Source: Eubacteriales bacterium (GTDB taxonomy: Bacteria > Bacillota > Clostridia > Oscillospirales > CAG-272). From it: a DNA stretch of 64,000 nt. How positions within the stretch are numbered: the first letter of the stretch is position 1; each line of letters begins with the position of its first letter. The position numbers and the translations under genes are program-made. Positions 27,939-36,611 of this stretch are shown here, one piece after another. The notes under the pieces were generated by a model. That model did not search any database, was not told the origin of the DNA, and saw only the letters and a list, made by a program, of their open reading frames with translations. The DNA is taken from NCBI GenBank assembly GCA_045613985.1, contig JAZLCA010000064.1, forward strand, positions 13,837-77,836. Reading direction: 5' to 3'.

Positions 27939-28718
27939 TTATTGTTGGTCGGCGGTCGCTTGCGCGGCCTTTTTTGCTTTTCTGTCCTTGATGAGCCAGG
28001 GCAGGTAAGACAGGAAAAAGAGCAGGGTAACGGCGGCGGCCATGACGACCAAGCGAAGAACGAAATTGGGAGGCAGGATATCCAGAATGGAGGGGGTATC
28101 CTCGGGCTTGGCCATGAACAGGTAGTTGGCACCGGGGCCGATGATGCGGTTTGCTGCAAAGGCCACTACGGCAAGCACGGTCAGAAGGGAATATGATTTG
28201 ATGGCCGATTTGACGGTCGGACGTATTTTATGTACGAAGATCATGTAGAACACGGCAACGTAGCCCAGCGTATGCTCAAACCAAAACTGATAATAGCGGA
28301 AGCGGGTGGGGCCGGTATAGCTGATGACGGTAGGGGTGATCAAGGCAAAGATGGAGCCCGAAAACAGCCAGAAATACACGATGTCAAACAACGACTGCGA
28401 TTTGGAGACTACCATATAGCTTCCGAACACGATGGCCCAACCGCACACGGTGATGGGCAAGTGGTCTGTGGGGTTCGGACCCAGCTCGGGAATGCCGACC
28501 AGTCGCCAATAATACGACATCTCAGATATGATCATAGCAAAAGCCAACGCCATTCGGACGCTTTTTTCGTGTTTCCAGTCGCGCAGTATGTTGCGATAAC
28601 GATAAATGAGCAGAATGACGGCAACAGTCAGCAAAATAGGCAGAATGTGGGCAAGAGAGAAGTTGCGGAATTCCACCGTTTCGCCTTGGCCGAAGAAGTA
28701 ATGTAAAAAGTTTTTCAT
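27939..28718 (-). CDS. Integral membrane protein, YwaF/TIGR02206-like
   Basis: 259 aa, about 7 TM segments. The N-terminal FSLAHILPILL..RYR and PITVCGW pattern is recalled from YwaF-type proteins. This is a family assignment from memory only. Confidence 0.6.
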   Translation of the reverse strand: MKNFLHYFFGQGETVEFRNFSLAHILPILLTVAVILLIYRYRNILRDWKHEKSVRMALAFAMIISEMSYYWRLVGIPELGPNPTDHLPITVCGWAIVFGSYMVVSKSQSLFDIVYFWLFSGSIFALITPTVISYTGPTRFRYYQFWFEHTLGYVAVFYMIFVHKIRPTVKSAIKSYSLLTVLAVVAFAANRIIGPGANYLFMAKPEDTPSILDILPPNFVLRLVVMAAAVTLLFFLSYLPWLIKDRKAKKAAQATADQQ

Positions 28719-28837
28719 GCGCAGTCTCCTTGCTTATATTACGGAATCTATCGAACAATAAAATCATTATACCACATTCAGTGCGCGAAAACAAGATGAA
28801 AAATCCAAATTATTTCGATAAAAATTTCAAAAAACGC

Positions 28838-28866
28838 TTGACACGGGGGTGGGTTTGTGCTACAAT
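28838..28866 (+). promoter_or_regulatory. sigma-A-like promoter of the rplU operon (TTGACA-N17-TACAAT)
   Basis: Hexamers at 28838-28843 and 28861-28866. Confidence 0.65.
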
Positions 28867-28872
28867 ATACTG

Positions 28873-28952
28873 CCGCATAATGTCGGGCCAAGCGTTTTGG
28901 GCAACCAAAATCCCCGTCCTTAGCGAGACTTTTGTGAAAGAGAGGTGCTTTT
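28873..28952 (+). promoter_or_regulatory. 5' leader of rplU-prp-rpmA (candidate L21-leader-type autoregulatory RNA)
   Basis: An 80-nt leader sits between the promoter and the GTG start. Firmicutes are known to carry an L21 leader in this position. Structure was not verified here. Confidence 0.35.
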
Positions 28953-29265
28953 CGTGTTTGCAATTATCGAAACCGGCGGAAAGCAGTACAAGGTAATCGA
29001 GCAGGACATTATCTTTGTCGAAAAGCTCAATGTCAACGAAGGAGACGAGATCGTTTTCGATCAGGTCGTTGCTCTGTCGAGCGATGACGGCTTCAAGGTT
29101 GGTACTCCTGTTGTCGCAGGTGCCAAGGTTACTGCCCAGGTTCTCAAGCAGGGTAAGAACAAGAAGATCTACATTCTGAAGTACAAGTCCAAGAAGAACG
29201 AGAAGAAGAAGATCGGTCACCGTCAGCCCTACACCAAGGTGCAGATCACCAAGATCGAGGCGTAA
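28953..29265 (+). CDS. rplU: 50S ribosomal protein L21
   Basis: (M)[13 protein letters not shown].. is the canonical L21 N-terminus. GTG start at 28953, after AGAGAGGTG. Confidence 0.95.
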
Positions 29266-29280
29266 GTCCTCCGTTCGCAC

Positions 29281-29643
29281 ATGACGAAAATTGTGTTTTT
29301 CCACAGCGAGGGTCATTTTTATGGCTTCGAGGAGCAGGGGCACACCGGGTTCGGTGAGTCCGGAGAAGACATTCTTTGCTCCGCCATCAGTGCCATGACC
29401 ATGCTGATCATCAACACCGTGTTGGTTTCCTATGCCACCGATTTGGATTACAATATCGATGAGGAAACGACCAACATTTCGGTGCGCTGCCGCGCGGCAC
29501 TGCCCGACTTCGAGGAGGACGAGCGTAAGAGCTACGCCATCTCGGGGCTGTTCCACGGCTACTATCAGCAGATCAAGGACCTGACCGAAGAATACTATCA
29601 GTATCTTGAGGTCGAATTGGTTGAGAAGTCCTTTGACGAATGA
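29281..29643 (+). CDS. prp: Ribosomal-processing cysteine protease Prp
   Basis: Located between rplU and rpmA. Contains GHTGFGESGEDILCSAISAM (catalytic His/Cys context). Confidence 0.9.
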   Translation: MTKIVFFHSEGHFYGFEEQGHTGFGESGEDILCSAISAMTMLIINTVLVSYATDLDYNIDEETTNISVRCRAALPDFEEDERKSYAISGLFHGYYQQIKDLTEEYYQYLEVELVEKSFDE

Positions 29644-29695
29644 CCGCGTCCACCATGCGCCCCCCGGCGCAAACCATTAACATTGGGAGGTAAGA

Positions 29696-29977
29696 ATGAT
29701 GTTGAAGCTCAGTTTACAGTTCTTTGCTCACAAAAAAGGTGTCGGTTCTACCAAGAACGGCCGTGAGAGCGAATCTAAGCGCCTTGGCGTAAAGAAGTCT
29801 GACGGTCAGAAGGTTATCGCCGGCAATATCATCATCAGACAGAGAGGCACCGCAGTTCACCCCGGCAAGAATGTCGGTATCGGTTCTGACGATACTCTGT
29901 TCGCTCTGATCGACGGTAAGGTCAAGTTTGAGCAAAAGGCAAAGGGCAAGAAGCAGGTCAGCGTTTACGCTGAATAA
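29696..29977 (+). CDS. rpmA: 50S ribosomal protein L27 with Prp-cleaved N-terminal extension
   Basis: [33 protein letters not shown]. The LQFF/A cleavage motif precedes the mature AHKKG N-terminus. Confidence 0.95.
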   Translation: MMLKLSLQFFAHKKGVGSTKNGRESESKRLGVKKSDGQKVIAGNIIIRQRGTAVHPGKNVGIGSDDTLFALIDGKVKFEQKAKGKKQVSVYAE

Positions 29978-29994
29978 TCTGCCCGAACAGAATG

Positions 29995-30029
29995 AGGATG
30001 CAAACGGTTGCATCCTCTTTTGTTTTTTG
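29995..30029 (+). terminator. Rho-independent terminator of the rplU operon
   Basis: Stem GAGGATGCAA/TTGCATCCTC, loop ACGG, then TTTTGTTTTTT. Confidence 0.85.
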
Positions 30030-30041
30030 TGCGTCGGTCCG

Positions 30042-30070
30042 TTGACAGCGCGATCTGAAAATGATATAAT
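30042..30070 (+). promoter_or_regulatory. sigma-A consensus promoter (TTGACA-N17-TATAAT) of the dlt-like operon
   Basis: Perfect hexamers about 40 nt upstream of the ATG at 30111. Confidence 0.65.
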
Positions 30071-30110
30071 AAATCGAATATACCATGCGTTAAGGAGAGG
30101 GGGCACACCG

Positions 30111-31178
30111 ATGAAACGAGTGATATTTGCGTTGGCAACGGCGGTTGTGTGCAGTCTTCTCCTTTTTTGCGCCTGTCGCAAGGAGAACTCGTCCTTTCCT
30201 GCGGATACGGATCTTGCGCCTATCGATCTTCGCGTGGCTTTGAACGGCGAGCGGCCGACGGCCGAGGACTTTCTTTCGGACGAAGCGCGTACCCGCTGTC
30301 AGCAGGAGGGTGTGACGGTTGCATTTGCAGACATCCCCGATTTTGAAACGGTAGGAACGCATAAGGTGACGCTTCTTTTACGCGACAGTGAAGGAAATGA
30401 GAGAGAATTGCCGACGCGCATGGTGGTCGTAGAGGATACGACGCCCCCTGCCTTGATCGGCGTTGGAGAGATTTCCGCCCGGGTGGGCGAGGGATTGATC
30501 TTGCGTGCCGGCGTAAGTGCAACGGACGATTGCTTCGGAGAGGTGGAATGGACGGTTGACTCCTCGGCGGTGGATACGAGCCGCGCGGGGATTTATTCTG
30601 CGACGTATCGCGCGGTCGATGCCGTCGGCAACGTGACCGAACGGACGGTCTACGTGCATATTTACGAGCAAGAAATCACAGAACAGATGTTGTGGGACAA
30701 GCTCGATTCCGTATTGGAGGGATTGGTCGATAAGAATGCCGCCATCGAGCAAAAGTGTCGTGCCATTCACGCCTATGTGCAGTCAACGATCGGCTATTTT
30801 CCCATTTCGGACAAGACCGATCCTTTGCGTGCGGCTTATGACGCTTTGTTTGTCAAAGGAAAAGGGGATTGCTATTCCTATTTTTCGGCTGCCATGATGA
30901 TGCTCCGCCGATGCGGTATTGAATATTTGGAGATCGAGCGGACACATACGGAGGGTGAGGAGACTCACTTTTGGTTGATGGTCAACCTTGCGCCCAAAGG
31001 AAAGGACGCACGTTGGTATCACTTTGATCCGACGTTGGTCGAGGGGGGCGGCGCGGCAGGCAAGGGATGCCTGTTTACCGACACTCAACTGGATGAATAC
31101 AACGCCGTCGATCCCGGCTTTTACGATTACGAAAGAAACGATTATCCGCCCACCGCGACGGATATCATCACTCAATAA
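30111..31178 (+). CDS. Lipoprotein with Ig-like (DUF5011-type) and transglutaminase-like cysteine protease domains
   Basis: Start at MKRVIFALATAVVCSLLLFCAC (lipobox; RBS AAGGAGAGGGGG). DTTPP..ATDDCFGEV..AGIYSATYRAVDAVGN is Ig-like. GKGDCYSYFSAAMMMLR..THFWLMV..WYHFDP gives a transglutaminase-core Cys/His/Asp. Confidence 0.75.
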   Translation: MKRVIFALATAVVCSLLLFCACRKENSSFPADTDLAPIDLRVALNGERPTAEDFLSDEARTRCQQEGVTVAFADIPDFETVGTHKVTLLLRDSEGNERELPTRMVVVEDTTPPALIGVGEISARVGEGLILRAGVSATDDCFGEVEWTVDSSAVDTSRAGIYSATYRAVDAVGNVTERTVYVHIYEQEITEQMLWDKLDSVLEGLVDKNAAIEQKCRAIHAYVQSTIGYFPISDKTDPLRAAYDALFVKGKGDCYSYFSAAMMMLRRCGIEYLEIERTHTEGEETHFWLMVNLAPKGKDARWYHFDPTLVEGGGAAGKGCLFTDTQLDEYNAVDPGFYDYERNDYPPTATDIITQ

Positions 31179-31188
31179 GGAGGACGCC

Positions 31189-32703
31189 ATGCGCATCAAA
31201 AACGTACTGCAATATTTGGAACGAACCGCATTGCGTCTGCCCGATAAGATTGCCTTTTCGGACGGCGAAGGGGGACAAGCGCTGACCTTCCTTGAACTTT
31301 GGGATGCCGCCCGGCGCATCGGTTGCGGACTTTTAGAGCAGCATTTGAGCGGCGCACGGATAGCACTTCTAATGGATCGTCACCCCGCCGCCATCGCCGC
31401 CATGTTGGGAATTTTGTACGCGGGGGCGGTGTACGTTCCTCTCGATGCAACCATGCCCAAGGATCGTATATCCCGCGTTTTGTCCAGCGGTCAAGCGGCG
31501 GCCATCGTGTGCGACGATAAAAACCGCAAAGCCGCGGAAGAATACGGCCTGCCGATATGGCAAGCGGACATACTTGCCAAGTCTTGCGTGAACGAACAAG
31601 CCTTGGCTGCCGTCCGTGCCCGTCAGATCGATACCGATGCTGCGTATATCATCTTTACCTCGGGCTCGACCGGAGAGCCTAAGGGCGTGGTGGGCTGTCA
31701 CCGTGCCGTGATCGACTATGCTCAGGCGCTCATCCCCGCTCTTTCGCTGGATGAGGAGGCGATTTTCGGATGTCAATCGCCGCTGTATTTCGACGCGCCC
31801 CTCAAGGAGATCCTGGGGACGCTGGTGCTGGGCGCGACCACCTACCTGATCCCCCGCACGCTGTTTTCTTTCCCCGTTTTGCTGCTCGATTATTTGAACA
31901 AGCATAAGATAAATACCGTTTGCTGGGTGTCGTCGGCACTGTCAAACGTCTCGTCGCTGGGCGGATTGGACGCCTGCCCGCCCACCACGCTTTGCCGCGT
32001 GGTATTCGGCAGCGAAGCGTTGCCCATGCGGCATTATCTGGCGTGGCGCAATGCCTTGCCGGAGGCAGATTTTTACCAGCTGTACGGTCCGACCGAGGCA
32101 ACGGGAATGTCTTGCGTGTGGCGGGCGGATCGGGAGCTTGCATCGCAGGAGCGTATTCCCATTGGAGCACCGCTGGACAACACCGACCTGATTTTGCTGA
32201 GCGACTCGGGCGAGCGCATTTTGCCCTCGGTGGCGTGCGAGAGCGAGGTGGGCGAAATCTATCTGCGGGGCAGCTGTCTGACGCTGGGTTATGACCATAG
32301 CGACGAGCAAACATTTTGCGCGTTCGTACAAAATCCTCTGCACAATGCGTATCCCGAGACGGTCTATCGCACGGGAGATCTGGCCCGCTACAACGCGCGC
32401 GAGGAGCTGATATTTCTCGGCCGCCGCGACGGTCAGATCAAGCGCATGGGCCACCGCATCGAAACGGCGGAGATTGAGTTTTGTGCAGGCACTTGCGATG
32501 GCGTGGACGGAGCGATATGCCTTTTGACGAGGAAGGACGATCTCGTCTTATACTATACCGGCGCGGCCTGTGAAAATGAAGTACTGGAGACTTTGCGCTC
32601 CCGCCTGCCGCGGTATTATCTGCCCTCACGAGTGAAAAAGCTTGCGGCTTTTCCAAGGACGGACAACGGAAAGATTGACCGCCGGGCGCTGACGGAGGAA
32701 TGA
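31189..32703 (+). CDS. Amino acid adenylation enzyme, DltA-like carrier-protein ligase
   Basis: A-domain core motifs FTSGSTGEPKGV, YGPTE, YRTGD, GRRDGQIKRMGHRIE and NGKIDR. About 504 aa, like DltA. Substrate is not inferable by eye. Confidence 0.85.
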   Translation: MRIKNVLQYLERTALRLPDKIAFSDGEGGQALTFLELWDAARRIGCGLLEQHLSGARIALLMDRHPAAIAAMLGILYAGAVYVPLDATMPKDRISRVLSSGQAAAIVCDDKNRKAAEEYGLPIWQADILAKSCVNEQALAAVRARQIDTDAAYIIFTSGSTGEPKGVVGCHRAVIDYAQALIPALSLDEEAIFGCQSPLYFDAPLKEILGTLVLGATTYLIPRTLFSFPVLLLDYLNKHKINTVCWVSSALSNVSSLGGLDACPPTTLCRVVFGSEALPMRHYLAWRNALPEADFYQLYGPTEATGMSCVWRADRELASQERIPIGAPLDNTDLILLSDSGERILPSVACESEVGEIYLRGSCLTLGYDHSDEQTFCAFVQNPLHNAYPETVYRTGDLARYNAREELIFLGRRDGQIKRMGHRIETAEIEFCAGTCDGVDGAICLLTRKDDLVLYYTGAACENEVLETLRSRLPRYYLPSRVKKLAAFPRTDNGKIDRRALTEE

Positions 32704-32705
32704 TC

Positions 32706-32936
32706 ATGGAACAAAAAATCATGGAAATATTGCAGCAACTGCACCCCGAAATGGATATTTCGGCGGATGTTTGCCTGGTGGACGACGGGGTTCTGGACTC
32801 GTTGGACATCGTTACGCTTGTGACCGAGCTCAATGCGGCGTTTGATATTGCCATTCCGGCGGTGGAGATTCTGCCGACGAATTTCAATTCGGTCGGGGCA
32901 CTTGTCGCAATGATTGAGCGGCTGGAGGATGTGTGA
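32706..32936 (+). CDS. Acyl/D-alanyl carrier protein (DltC-like)
   Basis: About 77 aa, with the DSLD phosphopantetheine-attachment motif. The start overlaps the upstream stop (alternative ATG at 32700). Confidence 0.85.
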   Translation: MEQKIMEILQQLHPEMDISADVCLVDDGVLDSLDIVTLVTELNAAFDIAIPAVEILPTNFNSVGALVAMIERLEDV

Positions 32937-32995
32937 GGGAGAATCGGCACGGTCCTTTTGAAATTTTACTGAAATAATCGGAAAGGAGAGCGGTT

Positions 32996-34570
32996 GTGTC
33001 GCTGTCAATATCGTTTGTATTGTTTCTTGCGGTCATGATACCGCTCTATTTTCTCCTGCCTCGCCGTTGGCAGTGGCAGACCTTGTTGGTGGGGAGCTTG
33101 GTGTTTTACAGCTTCTCCGGTTGGCAAAATTTACTTGTCCTGACGGTCTTGGCAGTCGTAACGTATCTGTTTGGCCGCCTGCTGGGGCGTTCGGTTGAGC
33201 GGCAAACGCAAACGCTGGCTGCCCGTCGTGCCGATGGCTCGTGGGACAAGGCAACGCGCAAAGAGTACCGTGACCGTTGCGTGATCCGTCGCAAGTGGCT
33301 GCTGGCCGCGGGAATCGCCCTGGCCCTTTCTTTGCTTGCCGGTTTCAAATACGAAAGCTTTTTTGTTCGCACCTTCCATATTCCGGCGGGTACCTCCCAC
33401 CTCGGCCCCATGCTCCCGGTGCCGCTCGGCATCTCCTATGTCACGCTCAGCGCCATCAGCTACATGACCGACGTGGCCAGAGGACAGCTGGAGTGTGAAA
33501 AAAAGCCCGCCAAGCTTGCGCTGTACATATTCTATTTTCCCCAGATGTGGCAAGGCCCCATCCATCGCTATGGCGAGCTTGCGCCGAGACTTTTTGCGCC
33601 CCACGCATTTGACTTGCAACGGGCCCTTCGGGGCGGGCTGCGCGCGCTTGGGGGCGGAGTCAAGAAGGTGGTCGTTGCCAATACGGTGGGTGTGGCTGTT
33701 TTGACGATCAAGGAAACGCCCTCGGATCTGGGCGGCACCTGGACGTGGCTGATGATTCTTTTGTACAGCATACAGATCTACGCCGATTTTACGGGCGGCA
33801 TGGACATCGCTCTAGGTGTCTCCCACGCCCTCGGGATCGATCTGTACGAAAACTTCGACCGTCCCTTCGCCGCCTGCTCCGTCGCCGATTATTGGCGGCG
33901 CTGGCACAGATCCATGGGCCGCTTTTTCACCGATTACGTGTTTTATCCGCTGTCGACCAGCCGAGCCGCCGCCAAAATGGCAAGGCTGTTCCGCCGTCTG
34001 CCCTTGTGGTGGGCGACGCTGACCACATGGGTACTGACGGGCCTTTGGCATGGCGCAGGCTGGAATTTTGTCCTTTGGGGGCTTTGCAACGGACTGTTTA
34101 TTCTGCTGTCGCAGGAATTGCGCCCTTTGCGCCGACGCTTGAAAGAAAAATTCCCTCGCATTTGTGCGTCGCGCCTTGGGACATGGCTCTGCTGTGCAGG
34201 CACGCTGTGGACCGTCGGCCTTTTCCGCACGTTGGATATGTATCCCGATGCGGGTGTACCTTTGGCTCTTTGGTGGCGGGCATTCACGCCTGCGGCATTC
34301 GCTCGCTTGTTTGACCTCTCGCTCTGGTCGTCGTTGGGCCTCTCGCTTGCCGAGTGGGTGCTGATCGGTCTGGGCGTCGTTGTCATGTGGCTGGTAGGAC
34401 GTGCGACGCCGCGCGTCGGAGATGCCGATGCCGTATCCCCCGCTGACCGCCTGCTGCGCAAGCCCTTGCTGTTTGCCGTCGTTTGCGCTTTGATGGTGGT
34501 TTGTATTGCCGTATTCGGACATTACGGCATGGGTTATAACGCTATGGACTTTATTTACGGACAATTCTGA
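32996..34570 (+). CDS. MBOAT-family membrane O-acyltransferase (DltB/AlgI-like)
   Basis: Polytopic. Contains YADFTGGMDIALG and the conserved WRRWHRSMGRFFTDYVFYPL His region. GTG start after GAAAGGAGAG. Confidence 0.9.
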   Translation: MSLSISFVLFLAVMIPLYFLLPRRWQWQTLLVGSLVFYSFSGWQNLLVLTVLAVVTYLFGRLLGRSVERQTQTLAARRADGSWDKATRKEYRDRCVIRRKWLLAAGIALALSLLAGFKYESFFVRTFHIPAGTSHLGPMLPVPLGISYVTLSAISYMTDVARGQLECEKKPAKLALYIFYFPQMWQGPIHRYGELAPRLFAPHAFDLQRALRGGLRALGGGVKKVVVANTVGVAVLTIKETPSDLGGTWTWLMILLYSIQIYADFTGGMDIALGVSHALGIDLYENFDRPFAACSVADYWRRWHRSMGRFFTDYVFYPLSTSRAAAKMARLFRRLPLWWATLTTWVLTGLWHGAGWNFVLWGLCNGLFILLSQELRPLRRRLKEKFPRICASRLGTWLCCAGTLWTVGLFRTLDMYPDAGVPLALWWRAFTPAAFARLFDLSLWSSLGLSLAEWVLIGLGVVVMWLVGRATPRVGDADAVSPADRLLRKPLLFAVVCALMVVCIAVFGHYGMGYNAMDFIYGQF

Positions 34571-34618
34571 TGCGTCGCCGCGAGCGATAACTGATTTTTT
34601 ACGAAAGGAGAACGGGCA

Positions 34619-35668
34619 ATGAAAAAGAAAAAATGGATATGGGCCGCGCTTGTTTTTGTTATCCTGACGGGCGGTTTGTTGACCTTGGCGCAGGCGTTGC
34701 TCGTTCCGCACGACAAGTCTGCCAATCCCGAAGCGTTTTTGCTGCAGGACTATTTCGATGCCGACGTGGCTATGGACGAGGTCGTGTTTCTCGGCGACTG
34801 CGAGGTGTACGAGGCCTTCTCGCCTGTCGCTCTGTGGCAGGAGTACGGTATTACCTCCCGCGTGTGCGGCACGCCGCAGCAGCTCTTGTGGCACAGCTAT
34901 GCGATTCTGGAGGAAATCCTGGATCGATCCTCCCCGCGCGTGGTGGTGCTGGGCGTGTACGGCCTGATCTACAACAGCCCGCAGAGCGAGGCCTATAACC
35001 GCATGGTGTTTGATCATCTTCCGGCATCTCCGACCAAATGGAAGGTGTTGGGTGACGCCATGACCGAGGGGGAGAGCCTTGCTTCGTACGTCTTTCCTCT
35101 GTTGCGCTATCACGACCGTTGGTCGGAGCTTACCCGGCGCGACGTGACGACGTTGTTTGAAGCGCAAGAGCCCGCATCGGTGCGGGGATATCGGATGCAG
35201 ACCGACATTGTGCCGGGCGAAGCTCCCAATCACGAGGGCGCCCTGCCGCCGCGCGAGGATGCCTTTGGGGGCATGGCGCTGGATTATTTCGACCGTATCG
35301 TGTCGCTGTGCCGTGATGCGGGAGCGGAACTGGTGCTGGTCAAAGCCCCGACCGACTCCTGGCGTTACCCTTGGCACGACGAATACGAGTCGCAGGTGAT
35401 CAAGCTTGCGGAAAAATATCAACTGCCGTACTACAATTTTTTGAATGATATCGACTCGATCGGCCTTGACTATGCGACCGACACCTACGATGGAGGACTC
35501 CATCTGAACGTGTACGGCGCGGAAAAGCTGTCACACTATTTCGGCAGGATCTTGATGGGAAATTACGAGCTGACCGACGCTCGTGCCGATCGGGATGCGG
35601 CCGCAGATTGGACCGAGGATATTGCCCGTTATGAGCAACAAAAAAACGCAAAGGGGGAAGTAAAATGA
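34619..35668 (+). CDS. Membrane-anchored SGNH/DltD-like acyl-transfer protein
   Basis: N-terminal TM anchor. Block-I-like VVFLGDCEVY (Cys where Ser is usual) and C-terminal DGGLHLN (DxxH-like). Confidence 0.6.
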   Translation: MKKKKWIWAALVFVILTGGLLTLAQALLVPHDKSANPEAFLLQDYFDADVAMDEVVFLGDCEVYEAFSPVALWQEYGITSRVCGTPQQLLWHSYAILEEILDRSSPRVVVLGVYGLIYNSPQSEAYNRMVFDHLPASPTKWKVLGDAMTEGESLASYVFPLLRYHDRWSELTRRDVTTLFEAQEPASVRGYRMQTDIVPGEAPNHEGALPPREDAFGGMALDYFDRIVSLCRDAGAELVLVKAPTDSWRYPWHDEYESQVIKLAEKYQLPYYNFLNDIDSIGLDYATDTYDGGLHLNVYGAEKLSHYFGRILMGNYELTDARADRDAAADWTEDIARYEQQKNAKGEVK

Positions 35669-36141
35669 AGCGAATGATCGCGCTGATCGCCATGGCGCTC
35701 GTCTTACTTTGTGCTTGCACACCCCAACCTGCCCCGGCAGAGCCGATGCCCCTTTTTCTGACCTATCGAGGGGTGGACCTGACGGTCGGCATGGCGGCAC
35801 AGGAGGCGATCGCCGCCCTGGGAAACGACTATACTCTCAAGGAATCCGAGAGCTGCGCGGGCCAGGGGATGGATCGGATGTATACTTACCCCTCGTTGAG
35901 CCTGTACGTGTTTGCCCCGACCAACGGCCAAGCAATCGTGTCGTCCGTGTCGTATACCGACGACGGCGTTCGGACGGCGCAGGGACTTTGCATCGGTTGC
36001 TCTTCGGCAGACGTGATTTCTGCGATGGGAGAGCCGGATGAGAAAAATGACACTCGCTTACTCTATCGTGGCCAGGGGGCAACCTTGACGTTTGGCCTGC
36101 ACGGCGGTGTTGTGGTGAATATCGTGCTGACGGGGGAGTAA
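35665..36141 (+). CDS. Small lipoprotein of unknown function (last gene of the dlt-like operon)
   Basis: MKRMIALIAMALVLLCAC lipobox. ATGA overlap with the upstream stop. Confidence 0.65.
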   Translation: MKRMIALIAMALVLLCACTPQPAPAEPMPLFLTYRGVDLTVGMAAQEAIAALGNDYTLKESESCAGQGMDRMYTYPSLSLYVFAPTNGQAIVSSVSYTDDGVRTAQGLCIGCSSADVISAMGEPDEKNDTRLLYRGQGATLTFGLHGGVVVNIVLTGE

Positions 36142-36237
36142 TGGGAAGCTGAATTTTTTCGCTGCTTCTGTGACCGAATTGCACCGAAGAAGTTGCTTGA
36201 AATTTAGCATAGCCCCATTCTTTCCCCGCCAAATCCC

Positions 36238-36266
36238 TTGACAATCAAGAAAAAATATGCTACAAT
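36238..36266 (+). promoter_or_regulatory. sigma-A-like promoter of T-box/ileS (TTGACA-N17-TACAAT)
   Basis: Hexamers at 36238-36243 and 36261-36266. Confidence 0.65.
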
Positions 36267-36269
36267 AAC

Positions 36270-36590
36270 TTCAAATGCTATGATGAAGAAGCAAAGTGCC
36301 GAAAACTCACAGAGAGCGCGGATTTGGTGAGACCGCGCAGCGGACGACACGGCGTATCCCTTCGGAGCAGGAAGGATCAAATCGCGAGGGGAGAGCCTCC
36401 CGCAAAAGTAATCCGCCCCGTCCCCGCCGCGTTAAGGCGTACGGCGCAGTGCGAAAATCGCATTGACGCCTGAGTGGTGTCCCTGACACAAAATGAGTGG
36501 TACCGCGGAAGATTCTTCCGTCTCATGGTCGCGTGCGGCTGTGGGGCGTTTTTTGTTTCCCGCCGCGAAAATTTATTCGTCAAAAATCAA
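36270..36590 (+). promoter_or_regulatory. T-box leader (Ile-specific candidate) controlling ileS
   Basis: Stem I opening AGAGAG..GGTGAGA (36311-). Candidate specifier ATC followed by A at 36376-36379. T-box core AATGAGTGGTACCGCGG at 36492-36508. T-run at 36549-36554. Confidence 0.8.
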
Positions 36591-36611
36591 AACCAAAGGA
36601 GAAAACAAAAA

